NCBI GenBank assembly: GCA_965223415.1
Contig: OZ245002.1
Location: 2,080,001-2,144,000 of the forward strand
Direction: 5' to 3'
Origin: Myxococcota bacterium
Lineage (GTDB): Bacteria > Myxococcota_A > UBA9160 > UBA6930
Length of the DNA stretch: 64,000 nucleotides
Shown here: positions 9,313 through 19,181 of the stretch, in pieces
Layout: each line of letters opens with the position of its first letter
Numbering within the stretch: position 1 is the first letter of the stretch
Program-made: the position numbers and the translations under genes
Notes under the pieces: generated by a model
Database searches by the model: none
What the model was told of the DNA's origin: nothing
What the model saw: the letters and a program-made list of their open reading frames with translations, nothing else

Positions 9313-9782
9313 GCACGATCCGCGCCGAGCGCCTCACCGCGGACATCGACGACGAGGTCGTCGTGTTCCTGATCGGCATGCGCATCAACAAGCGCTGGAA
9401 GGTTCACAAGTGGCTCCCGGTGGCGCGAGCGATGGGCCGCATGATCGCCGAGATCGAGGCGGATCCGGAATCGGGCTTCCTCGGCGTGGAGAGCTGGAAG
9501 GGCAATCCTTCGGTCATGGTCCAGTACTGGCGATCCTTCGAGCATCTCGAGCGCTACGCCGTCGACAAGGCCCGTGAGCACCAGCCGGCCTGGGCCGCCT
9601 TCAACAAGGCGGTGGGCTCGAACGGGGACGTCGGCATCTGGCACGAGACCTATCGCGTTCGCGTGGGCGACTACGAGTGCGTCTACAACAACATGCCCCT
9701 CTTCGGCCTGGCCAGGGCCACGCGGGCCGTACCCGCGACCGGTCGGTGGGAATCGGCGCCGCGCCGCATGGCGGGTGCGTGA
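9309..9782 (+). CDS. DUF4188 family (monooxygenase-like) protein, probable CTG start
   Basis: [10 protein letters not shown]...VQYWRSFE...VGIWHETY...YNNMP; CTGA overlap with upstream stop. Confidence 0.8.
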   Translation: MSTIRAERLTADIDDEVVVFLIGMRINKRWKVHKWLPVARAMGRMIAEIEADPESGFLGVESWKGNPSVMVQYWRSFEHLERYAVDKAREHQPAWAAFNKAVGSNGDVGIWHETYRVRVGDYECVYNNMPLFGLARATRAVPATGRWESAPRRMAGA

Positions 9783-10297
9783 ACGTGTCCCGAAGCCACC
9801 TGCTCGTATTCGCGCTGCTGGCATTCGGCTCGGTGGGTTGCGACCACGCGACGAAGCAGCTGGCCCAGGAGACCCTGGCCGGGGTCGCACCGATCTCGCT
9901 CGTCGGCGACACCCTGCGCTTCGAGCTCGCGGAGAACCACGGCGCTTTCCTGAGCCTGGGCGAGGGGCTTCCGCCCGCCCTTCGCAGCGCACTCCTGATC
10001 GGCGGCGTGCCGATCCTGCTCGCCTTGGTGGTGGGCATCGCCCTCCGCCGCGGGCCGGGCTCCCACGCCGAGCTGGGCGGCCTGGCCCTGATCACCGGTG
10101 GCGGTCTCGCCAACTGGCTCGACCGGCTCCTCCACGATGGCGCCGTCACCGACTTCGTGAGCATCGGTGTCCCGGGCCTGCGCACGGGCATCTTCAACCT
10201 GGCCGACGTCGTGATCGTGTTGGGGTTCCTACTCTTCGCCTTCGGAGGGCATCGCGAGCACGCGGACGAAGGAGCCGAATCCGTGGAGGAAACATGA
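9779..10297 (+). CDS. lspA: lipoprotein signal peptidase II
   Basis: [25 protein letters not shown] and FNLAD motifs. Confidence 0.85.
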   Translation: MNVSRSHLLVFALLAFGSVGCDHATKQLAQETLAGVAPISLVGDTLRFELAENHGAFLSLGEGLPPALRSALLIGGVPILLALVVGIALRRGPGSHAELGGLALITGGGLANWLDRLLHDGAVTDFVSIGVPGLRTGIFNLADVVIVLGFLLFAFGGHREHADEGAESVEET

Positions 10298-10677
10298 ACG
10301 ACATCGATCTCCTGGCCGTGCTGGTCGCATCGGTGGCCAGCTTCGCCTTCGGTGCCCTGTGGTACTCGAAGCCCCTCTTCCTCGATAGCTGGATCGCCGC
10401 CAACGAGGCGGAGCCGGAGCCGAGCCCGCCGGTCTTCGCATTGGGCTTCGCCGCCACGCTGGTCTCGGCGACCGCGTTCGCCGTGTGGCTCGGCGAGAGC
10501 CCGGGCCTGGGCGAGGCGGTGATCCAGGGCCTGGTGGTCGGCGGCTGCCTGGTCGCGGCCAGCCTGGGCATCAACTACCCGTTCGCCGGGCGCAGCCCGC
10601 TGCTGTGGCTGATCGATGGCGGCTTCCACACCGCGCGCTTCGCCCTGATCGGCGCGGTCCTCGCCCTGTGGCCGTGA
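10294..10677 (+). CDS. DUF1761 family membrane protein
   Basis: FAFGALWYS...GINYPF...LWLIDGGFH. Confidence 0.8.
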   Translation: MNDIDLLAVLVASVASFAFGALWYSKPLFLDSWIAANEAEPEPSPPVFALGFAATLVSATAFAVWLGESPGLGEAVIQGLVVGGCLVAASLGINYPFAGRSPLLWLIDGGFHTARFALIGAVLALWP

Positions 10678-11105
10678 TGCCGACGCGCGAGCAGCTTCTC
10701 CATTGGGCGCGCGGCTACGTCGCCCTCTGGAACGAAGGGGACAAGGACGCGTGGGTCGAGAACTGGCGGACGGTCCTGTCCGGCGATGTCCGGATGCTCG
10801 ATCCGGTCGGGACGCCGGAGAAGAAGGGCTTCCAGGAGTGCTGCCTCGACGCCTGGGACCTCTTCCAGCCGAGGGTCCGCTTCCGGATTCCGCCGGGGCA
10901 GCTCTTCATTTGCGACAACGAGGTCGCCTGGCTGCTCGAGAACCACATCACGACCGACGGCAAGGAGAGCCTCGCCTACAGCATCGAGACCTACCGCTTC
11001 GAGCCGGACGGCTCGGTCCTGATTCGCACCTACTACCGGGTGCCGGACCATTCGGCGGGAGAGCTGGGCGAGATGTTCCAGACGTACCTGCCCGAGGGAG
11101 GCTAG
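10677..11105 (+). CDS. NTF2/SnoaL-like protein
   Basis: YVALWNEGDKDAW...DPVGTP pattern. Confidence 0.7.
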   Translation: MPTREQLLHWARGYVALWNEGDKDAWVENWRTVLSGDVRMLDPVGTPEKKGFQECCLDAWDLFQPRVRFRIPPGQLFICDNEVAWLLENHITTDGKESLAYSIETYRFEPDGSVLIRTYYRVPDHSAGELGEMFQTYLPEGG

Positions 11106-11704
11106 TCGGCCATCGCTCGCTGAAGGGCGGGGCGGGCCTCGAGGCGCTCGAGATACCCGGTGAGCTTCGGATGCCCGCCGAGCACGCCGACGAAGCGGGC
11201 GATTGCGAGGGTGAAGCCGGTCATGATGTCGGCGCCGCTGAAGTCGTCACCGAGGAGCCAGGGGCCATCACCCAGCCCGTCCTCGAGGAACCGCAGCGCG
11301 GAGCCGGCACGACCGCGAGCGTCCTCCATCACTTCGGGAACTCGCTCGTGATCGCCCCGGTAGAAGACGTGCCAGATGAGGGTGCCGAGGGGCGGGTAGG
11401 CGGTGCCCTCGGAGTAGTGGACCCACTGCAGGAAGCGCCCCCGCTCCGGCGAGCCGGGCGGCGGCGCCAGGCGGCCCTCGCCGTAGCGCTCCAAGACGTA
11501 CTCGAGGATCGCGCCGGACTCGCAGAAGGTGGCGTCGTCGTCGACCAGTACCGGAAACTTGCCCGTCGGCGTGCCCTGGCTGAAGAAGCCGCCGGAGGGC
11601 GGTTGGAAGGGGCGCCTCTCCAGGCGATGGGGCAGCTCGAGCTCTTCGAGGAGCCAGCGGATGCGGACCGAGCGGGTGCGCGGCGCGTGGTAGAGGGTGA
11701 GCAT
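11102..11704 (-). CDS. glutathione S-transferase family protein
   Basis: LYHAPRTRS..WLLEEL, GKFPVL, ESGAILEY, FSGADI. Confidence 0.9.
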   Translation of the reverse strand: MLTLYHAPRTRSVRIRWLLEELELPHRLERRPFQPPSGGFFSQGTPTGKFPVLVDDDATFCESGAILEYVLERYGEGRLAPPPGSPERGRFLQWVHYSEGTAYPPLGTLIWHVFYRGDHERVPEVMEDARGRAGSALRFLEDGLGDGPWLLGDDFSGADIMTGFTLAIARFVGVLGGHPKLTGYLERLEARPALQRAMAD

Positions 11705-11777
11705 GTCCCTGCTGTAGTCCAGGAGCGGGGGCCCGGGCAAGCCGTGGTAGCCTCGCATCCTCTCGAAGGAGGCGATC

Positions 11778-12182
11778 ATGGCCAAGGAGCACCTGCAGCC
11801 CCCGGATCTCTTCGCCAGCGAGAAGCTGGGCTTCACCCAGGTGGTGACGTCGCCGCCCGGCAAGCTGGTCTTCGTGTCGGGGCAGACGGCCTGGAACGAG
11901 AAGATGGAGGTGGAGGGCGGCGACGACCTGCAGGAGCAGACGGGGCACGCCCTCGAGAACCTGCGGCGCGCCCTGGCCGCGGCCGGCGCCGGCCCCGCCG
12001 ACCTGACCAGCCTTCGCCTCTACATCGTCGATTACACGCCGGAGGACATGCGCGCGATCGGTCGCCCGCTGGCGGCGTTCCTCGAGGGTGTGAAGCCGCC
12101 GGCCCAGACGCTCCTGGGCGTGCAGGCCCTGGCGCTGCCCGACCTGCGGATCGAGATCGAGGCAACGGCGCTGGTCGAATGA
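11778..12182 (+). CDS. RidA/YjgF family protein
   Basis: VFVSGQ...PAQTLLGVQALALPDLRIEIEATA. Confidence 0.85.
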   Translation: MAKEHLQPPDLFASEKLGFTQVVTSPPGKLVFVSGQTAWNEKMEVEGGDDLQEQTGHALENLRRALAAAGAGPADLTSLRLYIVDYTPEDMRAIGRPLAAFLEGVKPPAQTLLGVQALALPDLRIEIEATALVE

Positions 12183-12421
12183 TGCGCATCCGCCTCTCGG
12201 ACGAGCGGCGTTCCGCACTGATCGAGGTCACCCAGGCCTTCTTCGCCGATCGCTTCGACGACGAGCTGAGCGAGTGGCAGGCGGGGCTGGTGCTCGACTT
12301 CTTCGCCGAGCGCTTGGGGCCGCAGGTCTACAACCAGGCAATCCGCGACGCGCACGGCTTCATGCAGGACAAGCTGGTCGATCTCGAAGGCGAGTTCTAC
12401 GAACCGGAAGAGGAGCAGTGA
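12179..12421 (+). CDS. DUF2164 family protein
   Basis: LDFFAERLGPQVYNQAIRDA. Confidence 0.8.
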   Translation: MMRIRLSDERRSALIEVTQAFFADRFDDELSEWQAGLVLDFFAERLGPQVYNQAIRDAHGFMQDKLVDLEGEFYEPEEEQ

Positions 12422-12819
12422 GGCTCGCCCTGGCCGGAGGGGCAGCGCTCATCCTCGGCTTCGTCGGCGTGACCTGGCTCGCTCTCGAGGCCTCTGAGGT
12501 GGCCGTGCTGGAGACCCGCGTGCCGGACGGCAGCGTTCGCCGTACCCACGTCTGGTTCGTGGAGCCGGACGGCGAGCTCTGGATCGAAGCGGGCACGCCC
12601 CAGAACCCGTGGCTGACGGACGTAGGCCGTGCTCCGGAGTTGCGCTTCGCGGCCGAGGACCGCGCCGGCCGCTACCGGGCGCGGGTGTTGGAGGGGCGCG
12701 AGCCCGCGCAGCGGGTGCGGAGGCTGCTGCGCGAGAAGTACGGCTGGCGAGACGCGTGGGTCGGCATGATGGTGGACGCCTCCCGGTCGATCGCGGTGCG
12801 GCTGGAGCCTCTTCCGTGA
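12418..12819 (+). CDS. membrane-anchored split-barrel (DUF2255/deazaflavin nitroreductase-like) protein
   Basis: N-terminal TM; EVAVLET...THVWFV...W...REKYG; paralog at 15915..16310. Confidence 0.6.
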   Translation: MRLALAGGAALILGFVGVTWLALEASEVAVLETRVPDGSVRRTHVWFVEPDGELWIEAGTPQNPWLTDVGRAPELRFAAEDRAGRYRARVLEGREPAQRVRRLLREKYGWRDAWVGMMVDASRSIAVRLEPLP

Positions 12820-13211
12820 ACGTCACGCACCGGGGCGGCTGCCACTGCGGGCGGGTACGCTTCGAGGTCGACGCGCCCGCGGACCTCGAGCTCCACGAGT
12901 GCAACTGCTCCATCTGCGGCAAGGTCGGTTACCTGCACCTGACCGTGCCCCGCAGCCGTTTCCGTCTCCTCTCCGGCGAGGAGGAGCTCACCGCCTATAC
13001 CTTCAACACGGGAGTGGCCCGCCACCTCTTCTGCTCGGTCTGCGGCGTGAAGTCCTTCTACGTGCCGCGCTCCCACCCGGCGGGCTACAGCGTGAACGGC
13101 CGCTGTCTCGATCCGGAGACGGTCGCGAGCCGCGCCGTCCTGCCCTTCGACGGCGCCGACTGGGAGGCTCACGTCGACGAGCTGCCGCCGCTCCCGGAGG
13201 ACGAGACCTGA
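12816..13211 (+). CDS. GFA (CENP-V) family protein
   Basis: GGCHCG, CNCSIC, FCSVCG, PRSHP. Confidence 0.9.
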   Translation: MNVTHRGGCHCGRVRFEVDAPADLELHECNCSICGKVGYLHLTVPRSRFRLLSGEEELTAYTFNTGVARHLFCSVCGVKSFYVPRSHPAGYSVNGRCLDPETVASRAVLPFDGADWEAHVDELPPLPEDET

Positions 13212-13246
13212 CGCGATCGTACGGTGGCCCCTAGACTGGGGGCCCC

Positions 13247-13780
13247 TTGGACACGATTCCCGACGCCCTCCTCGACCGGCCCGTCACCGGCGCGAACCTC
13301 ATGCCGGGCCGGCTGCGCGACCAGCTGCACGGGCCGACCCTGCTCGTCTTCCTCCGCCACTTCGGCTGCATCTTCTGTCGCGAAGCCGTGGGAGACCTGC
13401 GCGCTGCCGTCGAGGGCGACGAGAGCTATCCGGACGTGATCTTCTTCGCCCAGGCGAGCCCGATCGAGGCGCGGGCCTTCCTGCGGCGCTACTGGCCGAC
13501 GGCCCGGGTGGTGTCGGATCCAGGGCTCTCCTTCTACGACGACTTCGGCGTGGGGCGCGCGAGCCTGCTGCAGTCGTTCTCGCCCCGGGTGTTCGCGGCC
13601 CAGCGCCGCGCCGCCGCCAAGGGCTACGAGAACGGGCCGCGAAGCGGTGACGTCTGGAGGATGCCGGCGGCCTTCGTCGTGGACGGCGAGCGCATCCTCT
13701 GGCGCTACGAGCCGCGCCATGCCGCGGACCATCCGGACTTCGCGTCGATTCCCGCTCAGCTGGCCGCGGCGCCCGCCTAG
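13247..13780 (+). CDS. peroxiredoxin-like (AhpC/TSA-2, SelL-related) redox protein
   Basis: LLVFLRHFGCIFCRE (CxxC). Confidence 0.8.
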   Translation: MDTIPDALLDRPVTGANLMPGRLRDQLHGPTLLVFLRHFGCIFCREAVGDLRAAVEGDESYPDVIFFAQASPIEARAFLRRYWPTARVVSDPGLSFYDDFGVGRASLLQSFSPRVFAAQRRAAAKGYENGPRSGDVWRMPAAFVVDGERILWRYEPRHAADHPDFASIPAQLAAAPA

Positions 13781-13782
13781 CG

Positions 13783-14412
13783 ATGGCCTTGGCGATCGGG
13801 GTCGGTGCCGCGGCGGTGGCGGCGCTCCTTGCGTCCCAACGCGCGGGCTTCCGCCCCGGCGTGGTCGTATCGAAGCTCCTGGCGGCCTCCGCGTTCGTCG
13901 CGGCCGCTCTCGGATGGGGAGCGCTGGCGACTCCGTACGGCCAGATGGTGCTCGCGGGTCTCGTCCTGTGCTGGCTGGGGGATGCGCTCCTGCTGCCGCT
14001 GGGGCAGAGCCGCTGGTTCCAGGCGGGCATCGGCGCGTTCCTGGCGGGTCACCTGGCCTATGCGGTCGCGTTCCTCCAGGGTCCGCTCTCCCCGCCGGCC
14101 CTGGTCCTGGCCGCGCTGGGCCTGGCGATCTTCGCGTGGTGGGTGCGGCGCTGGCTGGGTCCGCACCTCCCGGCCGAGTTCGAACTGCCGGTAACGGCCT
14201 ACCTGGCAGTCATCTCGGCGATGGTGGTGCTGGCCATCGCCTCCTCCGCGGCCACGGGCCGCCCGGAAGCCGCCGTCGGGGCCGTGGGGTTCGCGCTCTC
14301 GGACGTGTCCGTCGCGCGGGATCGCTTCGTGGCGCCTGGCTTCGTGAACGGCGCGTGGGGCCTGCCCCTCTACTTCGGCTCGCAGTTCCTGCTCGCGTCG
14401 ACGGTCGCCTGA
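13783..14412 (+). CDS. lysoplasmalogenase (YhhN family)
   Basis: LGDALL, FLAGHLAY, FALSD motifs; multi-TM. Confidence 0.85.
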   Translation: MALAIGVGAAAVAALLASQRAGFRPGVVVSKLLAASAFVAAALGWGALATPYGQMVLAGLVLCWLGDALLLPLGQSRWFQAGIGAFLAGHLAYAVAFLQGPLSPPALVLAALGLAIFAWWVRRWLGPHLPAEFELPVTAYLAVISAMVVLAIASSAATGRPEAAVGAVGFALSDVSVARDRFVAPGFVNGAWGLPLYFGSQFLLASTVA

Positions 14413-14429
14413 GGTCTACCCTGGGAGAC

Positions 14430-14843
14430 GTGAGCGATCTGCGCGTGCGTCGAGAGGCCCTGGTCCGCCGGCACATGGAGGCGGAGAACGTCCACGACTT
14501 CGACGCGGTGATCGAGACCTTCGCCCGTCCGCGCTACGAGCTGATCGGAACCGATCGGGTGCACGACGGCGAGGCGGAGGTGCGGGCCTACTTCCGCGAG
14601 ACCCGCACCGCGTTTCCCGATCAGCGCAACGAGCTGATCGCCCTCCACCATGCCGACGACGCGGTGATCGCGGAGTTCTGGCTGCTGGGCACCCACGAAG
14701 GCCCCCTCGGCTCGCTCCCGCCGACCGGCCGCAGCTTCCGCTGCCGCATGACCGCCTTCTTCCTGTTCGAAGGCGAAGGCCTCGTCTGCGAGCGCGTCTA
14801 CTTCGACTCCGGAACCATCCTCCGCCAGCTCACCGGCTCCTGA
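14430..14843 (+). CDS. ester cyclase/SnoaL-like protein
   Basis: HMEAEN...AFPD...GTHEG...PTGR...ERVYFD. Confidence 0.85.
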   Translation: MSDLRVRREALVRRHMEAENVHDFDAVIETFARPRYELIGTDRVHDGEAEVRAYFRETRTAFPDQRNELIALHHADDAVIAEFWLLGTHEGPLGSLPPTGRSFRCRMTAFFLFEGEGLVCERVYFDSGTILRQLTGS

Positions 14844-15286
14844 TGCGACGTCCAGCGGTAGAGGATGTCGGGCTCGCTCTCGGGCGGGGGGCTGGTGGCG
14901 AAGGCGATGGGGTGGAAGCCGAAGCGCTCGTAGAAGGCGCGGGCCCCGGTGTTGCGGCGGTGGGTGAAGAGCGTGAGCTCGGAAGGGGAGAGCTCGCGGG
15001 CCCTGGCGAGCAGCACGCGGCCGATTCCGGCGCTCTGGGCGGTGGGGTCGACGTAGAGGTGCTCGACGCGCACGCCCGCGAGTGCGAGGAAGCCCAGCAA
15101 TCTGCGGCCCCCCCGCGCTACCCACACGTCGCTCTCCCGTGCGATCACGTCGCGCATCTGGGCATGATCCTCGGCCGGGGTGTACCCCATGCGCTGCTCG
15201 AGCCAGGGCTGGGCACCCTCCCGGGAGCGGCGCCACAGGGCCGCAAGCTCCGCCGTGTCCGCCGAGTCGAGCGGCTCGAGCGTCAT
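14798..15286 (-). CDS. GNAT family N-acetyltransferase
   Basis: LYVDPTAQSAGIGR...NTGARAFYERFGF. Confidence 0.85.
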   Translation of the reverse strand: MTLEPLDSADTAELAALWRRSREGAQPWLEQRMGYTPAEDHAQMRDVIARESDVWVARGGRRLLGFLALAGVRVEHLYVDPTAQSAGIGRVLLARARELSPSELTLFTHRRNTGARAFYERFGFHPIAFATSPPPESEPDILYRWTSHQEPVSWRRMVPESK

Positions 15287-15852
15287 GGCTCCGCGGACGT
15301 GATGCGCGGTGCGGTCCAACTCCGGTCCTCCTGCTCCGTGTCCTCCAGGGTACGCTGCTGCTCACGACCCAGCAGGGCGCGCTTCCGCCACACGCCGCCG
15401 ACGAAGCCCCCGAGCGAGCCGTCCCCGCGCACGACCCGGTGGCAGGGGACGAGGAGCGGTACCGGGTTCGTGGCGCAGGCGCTGCCCACCGCCCGGGCGG
15501 CGCCCGGCGCGCCGAGCGCTCGCGCCACCTCGCGATAGCTGCGCGTCTCGCCGCTGGGAATGCGGGTGAGCGCCTGCCAGACCCGACGCTGGAATCGGCT
15601 GCCGCGCACGTCCAGGGGAACGGTCTCCCGGGGTGGCCGGCCTCCCACGACGGCGAGCAGCGCGTCCATCCAGGGGCGCAGGCCTTCGGGATCGGGCCGG
15701 CGGCCCGCGCACGGGAACTCGCGCCGAAGCAGTTCGAGGAGCTCGGCCTCGTCCCGACCGAAGCGGACCAGGCACACACCGCGGCTCGAAGCGACGAGCA
15801 GCAGCTCGCCCAGATCGGTGCTCCGGGTGGCGTAGCGAAGGGAGGTGTCCAT
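15283..15852 (-). CDS. ogt: methylated-DNA-protein-cysteine S-methyltransferase
   Basis: FQRRVW...ARAVGSAC..NP...VPCHRV. Confidence 0.9.
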   Translation of the reverse strand: MDTSLRYATRSTDLGELLLVASSRGVCLVRFGRDEAELLELLRREFPCAGRRPDPEGLRPWMDALLAVVGGRPPRETVPLDVRGSRFQRRVWQALTRIPSGETRSYREVARALGAPGAARAVGSACATNPVPLLVPCHRVVRGDGSLGGFVGGVWRKRALLGREQQRTLEDTEQEDRSWTAPRITSAEP

Positions 15853-15914
15853 GCCGTGGAGGATCGTCCCTGCCGAAGCCCGGGGCTGGCGGAATTCGGA
15901 CGTCTTCCTCGGGC

Positions 15915-16310
15915 TCAGCGCGGATCGAGCCGGACCGGAACCGCTTCGCGCCCGACGAGGAAGCGGACCCAGCGGTCGGCCAGGCCGTACTTCCCGGCCA
16001 TCAGGCCGAGCAGGCTCTCGCGTTCCGCCACGACCGGGACGGCGGTGTAGCTCGCCCACTCGCCCTCGATCTGCACCCGCACGGCAGGATCGCTGCGCAC
16101 GCGGGCGAGCCAGGCTGCGTCGCCGCTGCCGGCAAGGAGCCAGCGGCGGCCCTGGTGCCGGGCGAACCACAGGCGCGTCGTCTCGACCGCGCCGTTCCCG
16201 GCGCTCGTCTCCAGCACCGCGACCTCGCCGCTCTCCACGAGTGCGCAGTGGCCGAGGTAGGCGGCGCCGAGCAGCAGCAGGAGGGCCACGAGCACACGGG
16301 CGATCTTCAT
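15915..16310 (-). CDS. membrane-anchored split-barrel (DUF2255/deazaflavin nitroreductase-like) protein
   Basis: N-terminal TM; EVAVLET...TRLWF...GKYG; paralog of 12418..12819. Confidence 0.6.
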   Translation of the reverse strand: MKIARVLVALLLLLGAAYLGHCALVESGEVAVLETSAGNGAVETTRLWFARHQGRRWLLAGSGDAAWLARVRSDPAVRVQIEGEWASYTAVPVVAERESLLGLMAGKYGLADRWVRFLVGREAVPVRLDPR

Positions 16311-16361
16311 GGGCGGCCTCCGGCGCGTTCCTCCACGGTAGCGCTGCGGTAGCGTGGTTCC

Positions 16362-17222
16362 ATGGTCGATCCCGCCGCCTCCGCACGGGCGGCCTACGCG
16401 CGGGAGCTCGCCGAAGCCGTGGGCTTCCGCACTCCGGGCCTCGAGGCGGCGTTCGCGGCGGTGCCCCGCGACGCCTTCGTCGGGCGCGGCCCGTGGCAGG
16501 TGATCGAGCTGGAGCTCGGAGGCGAGCCCACCCGGACCCCCGACGACGATCCGGCCCACCTGCACCGCAACGTGCTGGTGGTGCTGGACGCCGAGCGCGA
16601 GATCAACAGCGGCGAGCCGCGGCTGCTGGCGGGCTGGCTCGACACCCTCGGTCTCGCACCGGGCCGGCGCATGCTCCACGTCGGCTGCGGCGTCGGCTAC
16701 TACACGGCCGTGGCGGCGCAGCTCGTCGGCTCGAGCGGTCGCGTGCTCGGAGTGGAGGCGGAGCCCGACCTGGCATCGCGGGCACGCAACAGCCTCGCGC
16801 CGTGGCCCTGGGCCGAGGTGGTGGAAGGGGACGCTTCGCGGCTCGGCGGCACGCGCTTCGAGGCGATCCTGACGAACGCCGGCGTGACGCACGTGCCACC
16901 CGTGTGGTGCGACGCGCTCGCCGAAGGAGGTCGCTGGCTCCTGCCGATGACCGTGGACCTGCCGGCCTCGAAGTTCGGCGCCGGCTGGTCCCTCGTGATC
17001 GAACGCCGCCCGGGGCTGCGCTGGGGCGCGGCCTTCCAGGCGCCGGTGGGCATCTTCCCCTGTCTCGGTGCCCGCGACGAGCACGCCCAGCAAGCGCTCC
17101 GGAAGGCGTTCGAAGCCGGCGGCCACGATGCAGTGTGCAGCCTGCGCCTCGATCTCCACGATCCCGAGCCGAGCTGCTGGCTGCACGGTGAGGACGGGTG
17201 CCTGAGTCGGCTACCGGTCTAG
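16362..17222 (+). CDS. protein-L-isoaspartate O-methyltransferase-like protein
   Basis: AFAAVPRDAF, LHVGCGVGYYTA, GRVLGVE. Confidence 0.8.
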   Translation: MVDPAASARAAYARELAEAVGFRTPGLEAAFAAVPRDAFVGRGPWQVIELELGGEPTRTPDDDPAHLHRNVLVVLDAEREINSGEPRLLAGWLDTLGLAPGRRMLHVGCGVGYYTAVAAQLVGSSGRVLGVEAEPDLASRARNSLAPWPWAEVVEGDASRLGGTRFEAILTNAGVTHVPPVWCDALAEGGRWLLPMTVDLPASKFGAGWSLVIERRPGLRWGAAFQAPVGIFPCLGARDEHAQQALRKAFEAGGHDAVCSLRLDLHDPEPSCWLHGEDGCLSRLPV

Positions 17223-17332
17223 ACTCGGGAGAATGGCGGTCCTCCCCCGGGCGAGACGCTTCGAGCTCCGCTGGGTGTTTGACGGCGGCTCCAGCGGGGC
17301 CAATCCTTTGCGGGCGTCCATCGGAGGGGCAC

Positions 17333-17707
17333 ATGGGATTCCTGCTTCGCATGGCGATCACGGCGCTGGGCCTGTGGCTGGCCGCGCGCTGGGTACCGGG
17401 GCTCCGGATTCCGGCCGACGCGACGCTGGCGATCGCAGCCCTGCTGCTGGGGTTCGTCAACGCGACGGTGCGACCGATCGCCGTGTTCCTCACCTTTCCG
17501 ATCACCGTGGTCACGCTCGGTCTCTTCCTCTGGGTCGTGAACGCGGGCATGCTCGGGCTGGTCGCGTGGGTACTGCGCGATTTCCAGATCGCCGGGCTGG
17601 GCTCGGCGCTGCTCGGCTCCCTGGTCGTCAGCGTCACGAGCTGGCTCGGCTCCTGGTTCATCGGGCCGAAGGGACGCTACGAGGTGATGGTGGTGCGGCG
17701 TGGCTGA
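17333..17707 (+). CDS. YvlD-like four-TM membrane protein (phage holin superfamily IV)
   Basis: VNATVRPI..LTFPITVVTLGLFLWVVNAGML. Confidence 0.85.
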   Translation: MGFLLRMAITALGLWLAARWVPGLRIPADATLAIAALLLGFVNATVRPIAVFLTFPITVVTLGLFLWVVNAGMLGLVAWVLRDFQIAGLGSALLGSLVVSVTSWLGSWFIGPKGRYEVMVVRRG

Positions 17708-18140
17708 CCGGGCTCGGAAGCCGCCAAACATCGACGAGGTGGGCAACCTGGTGCTGCTGAAGCAGGTGCTGGATCTGCTGGCGGCGCCCGGCCCGGCACA
17801 GCTCGCCGCCTATCCTGTGGATCGCGAGGCCGGGCGGGAGATCGCCCTCTTGTTCGATGACGCGCTCGCGCGGGTGCGGCCCGTCTTCTGGCCGAGCTTC
17901 CCGCCCGAGGCGCGCGATGCGTTGCTCGCCATCCGACGCGGGCTCGACGCGGCGCCCCGCTCGGACGAGGCGGTGCTGGAAGGCGAAGCCTGGCGCGAGC
18001 TCCGCGAGCTGGCCGCCCGGGCCACGCCGATCCCGAGCTGGCTGCCTTCGGCGCCGCGAGGCTGGCGCGACCAGATCGTCCGCCACCGCGGCAGGCTCCG
18101 GCTGCGCCGCCAGGTGCAGGAGGAGCTGGCATGCCCGTAG
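17700..18140 (+). CDS. hypothetical protein
   Basis: Overlaps both neighbours; plausible codon usage. Confidence 0.6.
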   Translation: MADRARKPPNIDEVGNLVLLKQVLDLLAAPGPAQLAAYPVDREAGREIALLFDDALARVRPVFWPSFPPEARDALLAIRRGLDAAPRSDEAVLEGEAWRELRELAARATPIPSWLPSAPRGWRDQIVRHRGRLRLRRQVQEELACP

Positions 18141-18523
18141 CCATCACAGCGCTCTACGCCGCGCTCCTCGGTGGGCTGCAGATCGTGCTGCAGCAGCTGG
18201 TGGGTCGCGAGCGGCTGCGGGTGGGCGTCTCGCTGGGCGACGGCGACGACGTGGGGCTTCGCGAGGCGATGCGGCGCCACGGCAACTTCCTGGAGCAGGT
18301 GCCGCTCGCCCTGCTCCTGATCGCTCTGGCCGAGCTGAACGGCGCCGCGCCAGCGTGGATCCACGGCCTCGGCGGGGGCCTGCTGGTGAGCCGGCTCGCG
18401 CACCCCTGGGGCGTGAAGCAGGAGGACGCGCGGCAGCTCCCGCGTTTCCTCGGAGCCCTCGGCACCCTGCTCGTGCAGATCGCCGCGGTGGCGCTCCTGC
18501 TCTGGCAGGTGGTCGGTGGCTGA
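18131..18523 (+). CDS. MAPEG family protein
   Basis: VSLGDG...RRHGNFLEQVP...RLAHP. Confidence 0.85.
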   Translation: MPVAITALYAALLGGLQIVLQQLVGRERLRVGVSLGDGDDVGLREAMRRHGNFLEQVPLALLLIALAELNGAAPAWIHGLGGGLLVSRLAHPWGVKQEDARQLPRFLGALGTLLVQIAAVALLLWQVVGG

Positions 18524-19175
18524 GATGCGCGTCGAGTCGCTGAACCGGAGCGGGGTGGAGACGGTTTGCTTCGCCGACGGCGGCGAGATCCGGAGCGGCA
18601 TCTGCAAGCGGCCGCAGCAGGGGCCCGTGCGGGTCGGCCCGGAAGGTCTGACGGGCGACGAGGTGCACGATCGCCGGTTCCACGGCGGGCCGAATCGCGC
18701 GCTGCACGCGTTCGCCCTCGAGGGCTACCGGGCGCTCGAGGAGGCGTCCGGCGCAGCCCTGCCCGTGCCCTGCTTCGGCGAGAACCTCACCGTCGGCGGC
18801 CTCACCGAGGTGGATGTCCGGCCCGGCGATGTCTGGCAGGTCGGGAGCGCACGGCTCCAGGTGACGATGCCCACCGAGCGCTGCGCCCATCCGGGCCGGC
18901 TGGCCGGGCATCCGCGCATCTTGTCGTGGGTCGTTCGCGACGGGCGCTGCGGCTGGTACCTGCGCGTCCTCGAGCCGGGCCTGCTGGAGACGGGCGACGC
19001 CATCGCCCGGGCCGAGCGCGGCCCCGAGGGCCCGACGCTTCTCGACCTCCACATCTGGATGCGCGACCAGGCCGGCGACCCGGACATCCTGCGCCAGATC
19101 GAGGCCCACCCCGCCCTTGCCCCCGAGTGGAAGGAGCGCATGCGCATCCTCCACGCCCGCCGCCGCAAGCCCTGA
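18516..19175 (+). CDS. MOSC domain protein (YiiM-like)
   Basis: SGICK, HGGPNRA, FGENLT, GWYLRVLEPG. Confidence 0.85.
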   Translation: MAEMRVESLNRSGVETVCFADGGEIRSGICKRPQQGPVRVGPEGLTGDEVHDRRFHGGPNRALHAFALEGYRALEEASGAALPVPCFGENLTVGGLTEVDVRPGDVWQVGSARLQVTMPTERCAHPGRLAGHPRILSWVVRDGRCGWYLRVLEPGLLETGDAIARAERGPEGPTLLDLHIWMRDQAGDPDILRQIEAHPALAPEWKERMRILHARRRKP

Positions 19176-19181
19176 CCCGGA

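Noticed and set aside
13247..13780. SelL-related protein as a selenoprotein
   Set aside because: The motif is CIFC with no in-frame TGA
17333..17707. Holin-family gene as a sign of a prophage
   Set aside because: YvlD-like proteins are common chromosomal genes and no phage genes are nearby
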